NCBI GenBank assembly: GCA_013239625.1
Contig: MU054049.1
Location: forward strand, 135,015-199,014
Reading direction: 5' to 3'
Source of the DNA: Lama guanicoe
Lineage: Eukaryota
Length of the DNA: 64,000 nucleotides
The position numbers were made by a program, and so were the translations under genes. Each line of letters starts with the position of its first letter. The stretch's first letter is position 1. Shown one piece after another: positions 61,421-64,000 of this stretch. A model generated the notes under the pieces. It was not told the origin of the DNA and made no database searches. It saw nothing but the letters and a program-made list of their open reading frames with translations.

Positions 61421-62669
61421 AGCCTTTTAAAGACATAAATATAAACAAAATCACAGTGATTAATATGTAACAGTGGTCATACAATTATGAATTCCTTATA
61501 TTTAAAAGAAATTTTTATCTTTATAATATTCCTAAGATTTCATTTGTACAGCTGCATAGGGCTACAGTAATTCTTTCAGATACTAATAATCTTAGCAGAC
61601 CCTAAACTTCATGCATGCATAGCATTTCAGAAGAGAAGAGGTCACAGATTCTGATCTAGGATGAGTTTGTACATCCAAAGTGATCTAAACCAAACCATTG
61701 GCTGAGTTCCTTTTGATAGTGAAGTTCTATTTGTTATATCCGGACTTTTAAGCCCCTGCCTTTCAAAATCTAAATTCAAAGATTTAACTTTTTGCAACTT
61801 GGGGTCATTCCCAGAAATGATGTATTTCTTTAAGTTTCTTAGGTTTGGCAATACCTAAACTATTGTCCTGTCATTATGATAAATTGGCCTAGTCTATAAA
61901 TATTAATTGGAAGCTTATGCATGCCTTATCAATATTGCATTATAATTAGCAGGGCCATCTCAAGGTTCCATATACTAAGAGATGAGAGACGGAGTGTGTG
62001 CAACATTTGGCTAATTAATCATCTTGAAACACTCTGTGGGATTCTCTGTTTAATTGCTTGCTGTGTAGGACCACAAATGCAATCAACGGTTTGACTTCTC
62101 CTCCATCTGCTTATTACATGATGCAGAACCCATGTTTGGGGGGATTCTTTTAGTGTACTTATAGTTCCCTATGTTTATTCTTTCTTATCTACAGAGAAGG
62201 CGAGAAATATAATTCTACACTTGTAAACATCACAGGAAAAAACCCAAATACACTTCTCTACTTATTAAAAGCAATAATTTAAAAAAATCCCAATATTTGG
62301 ATTCTTCCTTTGCATACATTTATGCTAACTTCCCTCTTTTGAGTATTGTTACAATTCATAGCCTTCCACAAAATCAACTTGTTTAAAGTAACCTTCACTA
62401 TGATTTTTCTTTTTATGCTCAGCTTGGTTGATGGGAGTCTCTTCGAAGTGTCTCCTTTGTCCTAACAGCAATCTCACTGTCAATTTTTTTTAAAGCATTT
62501 TCCCCCTTATTTGTCATCATTACCAACATCTTTCACACTCATGAACACTTTTCCTCCGCTAAGCTTTGGGAACAAGAGTCCTGATGCCTCTTGATGGAAA
62601 TTAGTATTGAAAACCGAAATCTGAACCCAAGGGCAAACAGAAGCTGTGGCAGCCCCTACAGCCGCCTAA

Positions 62670-63245
62670 CCTGTCTCTTTTCTCATCTTTTTCTCATACA
62701 GTGCAATTTTCTCACCATGCAAGCAAAGCCAGTCCACTCTTCTGCCAAGACTCTTCGATGGCTTCCATCCTACAAAGTCAGAGCAACGTTTGCACAGTCA
62801 TCTCCAAAGCTCTGTGTCATCAGAGCCTCATTACCTGTCTGACCTTCTCGTCCATCATTTTCCCTCTTGCTCACTCTCCTCCAGGACAACTGTTCCTTTG
62901 TTGTTGGTCCTTGACAGCCCAGCACAAAACTTCTGCACTTGTAATTCCTCTAAATGGATCTACTGAGATGTTCTTCTCCCAGTGTCTCCCAGATGAATGT
63001 CCTATCGAAAGAGGCCCTCCCATCCTCCCTCCTCTCCTTCCTCCTGAGCCTGCTCTCTGTATCCTTATAAAACACATCACCATTTGTTTCTTGCTGCTGC
63101 CCTCCAGTAGCCACTGAGCCTCTAGATGATAAAGACATGTCTGCTTTGTTCCCTGTCCTGTCCCCAACCCTGAGGACAATTAATATGCAATGTATGGTAG
63201 GTCTTCCATAAATACCTATTGAATAAATAAACACATGGGTGAATA
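62670..63245 (+). mobile_element. L2 3' end
   Basis: cactcttctg...atggcttcc...tttccctcttgctcactct...tgtatggtagg...cataaatacctattgaataaataaa. Confidence 0.75.
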
Positions 63246-63849
63246 AAGCTGTGACACTCAACGATTTGCATTGGAGATGCGCTTTGACTATTCAACAACA
63301 TTCAGAGTAATCATCTCACCATGTTTCGGGTCTCGTCACTCTTCTGCCAAGACTCAGTAGTGGCTTCCATTTCTACAAAGGAAGAGCAGCATTGGTACAG
63401 AGCCCGCCAAAGTCCTACAAGATCCGAATAGTGAAAGCATGCCTCCAACATAAAAAACTAAATGCCATCCTTAAGCTCCCCCATGCATGCATTTCTTCTT
63501 CAGCAAAGCAGCAGCGTGTGGGGAAGCCTTTCCACGTCCTGTGGGATTTGCACAGTTCTCCTCTACTACAAGAAATATGGTACGGGCTGACTCCAGACCT
63601 CACATCTGGTACTCACAGCATCCTGTACCATGTCCTGCATCTCAGTTAAGACCATCTCCTTGTACTGGCTCTGCAAGCTCTGGTGCCTCAGCAGAGAAAT
63701 ACCCACATGGAGAACGACCCACAGGCAACGCTAGTCCTTCTGTTCCACTGCCTTGTCTCCTATAAAGGTCCAGGGAGCACAGTGTGACCAGAAGGTGCAA
63801 ACGAGAGTGAGATCAGCTTTGTTTCTTTTATTTTGTCCAATGGCTGATT

Positions 63850-64000
63850 GGAGGGGGCCGATATTCCAGCTTAGCATTAGGAAGACCCGTCCAACAAAGA
63901 CTCCTAGAGGAATAGGAGATTTTAGGTGGCAGTGAGTTCCCCATCTCAGCAAGTATTCAAGTACAAGCTGAAAGATAGATTAAGAAGGCTGCTGGAAGAC
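63850..64000 (+). mobile_element. L3/CR1 3' fragment
   Basis: attccagcttagcattaggaaga...ggcagtgagttccccatc...gtattcaagtacaagctg. Confidence 0.55.

Overview
Eutherian genomic DNA, most likely from a camelid (Camelus/Vicugna/Lama). This is inferred from five copies of a tRNA-Ala-like SINE matching the camelid vic-1 type and from cetartiodactyl-type L1 3' ends; I saw no Alu or Bov-tA elements. I find no credible host protein-coding exon, rRNA, tRNA gene or CRISPR array. The only recognisable coding remnants are retroelement ORFs (an L1 ORF2 C-terminus, HAL1 ORF1 and CR1/L3 RT motifs). The window is intronic or intergenic and dominated by repeats: L1/HAL1, L2, L3/CR1, a probable RTE-X L4, MIR, MaLR/ERVL/ERV1 LTRs and hAT MITEs. 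Between them lie unique segments that look like enhancers. I did not find a convincing new biological system. The most notable observations are local: a poly(A)-tailed, TSD-flanked retrocopy of an ERV LTR 3' end; a 171-bp tandem duplication starting inside a SINE head; an L1 with a ~33-bp target-site duplication; a perfect 15-bp hairpin inside an MLT1D; and a MEIS/PBX-HOX/TCF composite motif. Repeat family names come from my recollection of consensus sequences, not from a database search. Boundaries are approximate unless a TSD is quoted.
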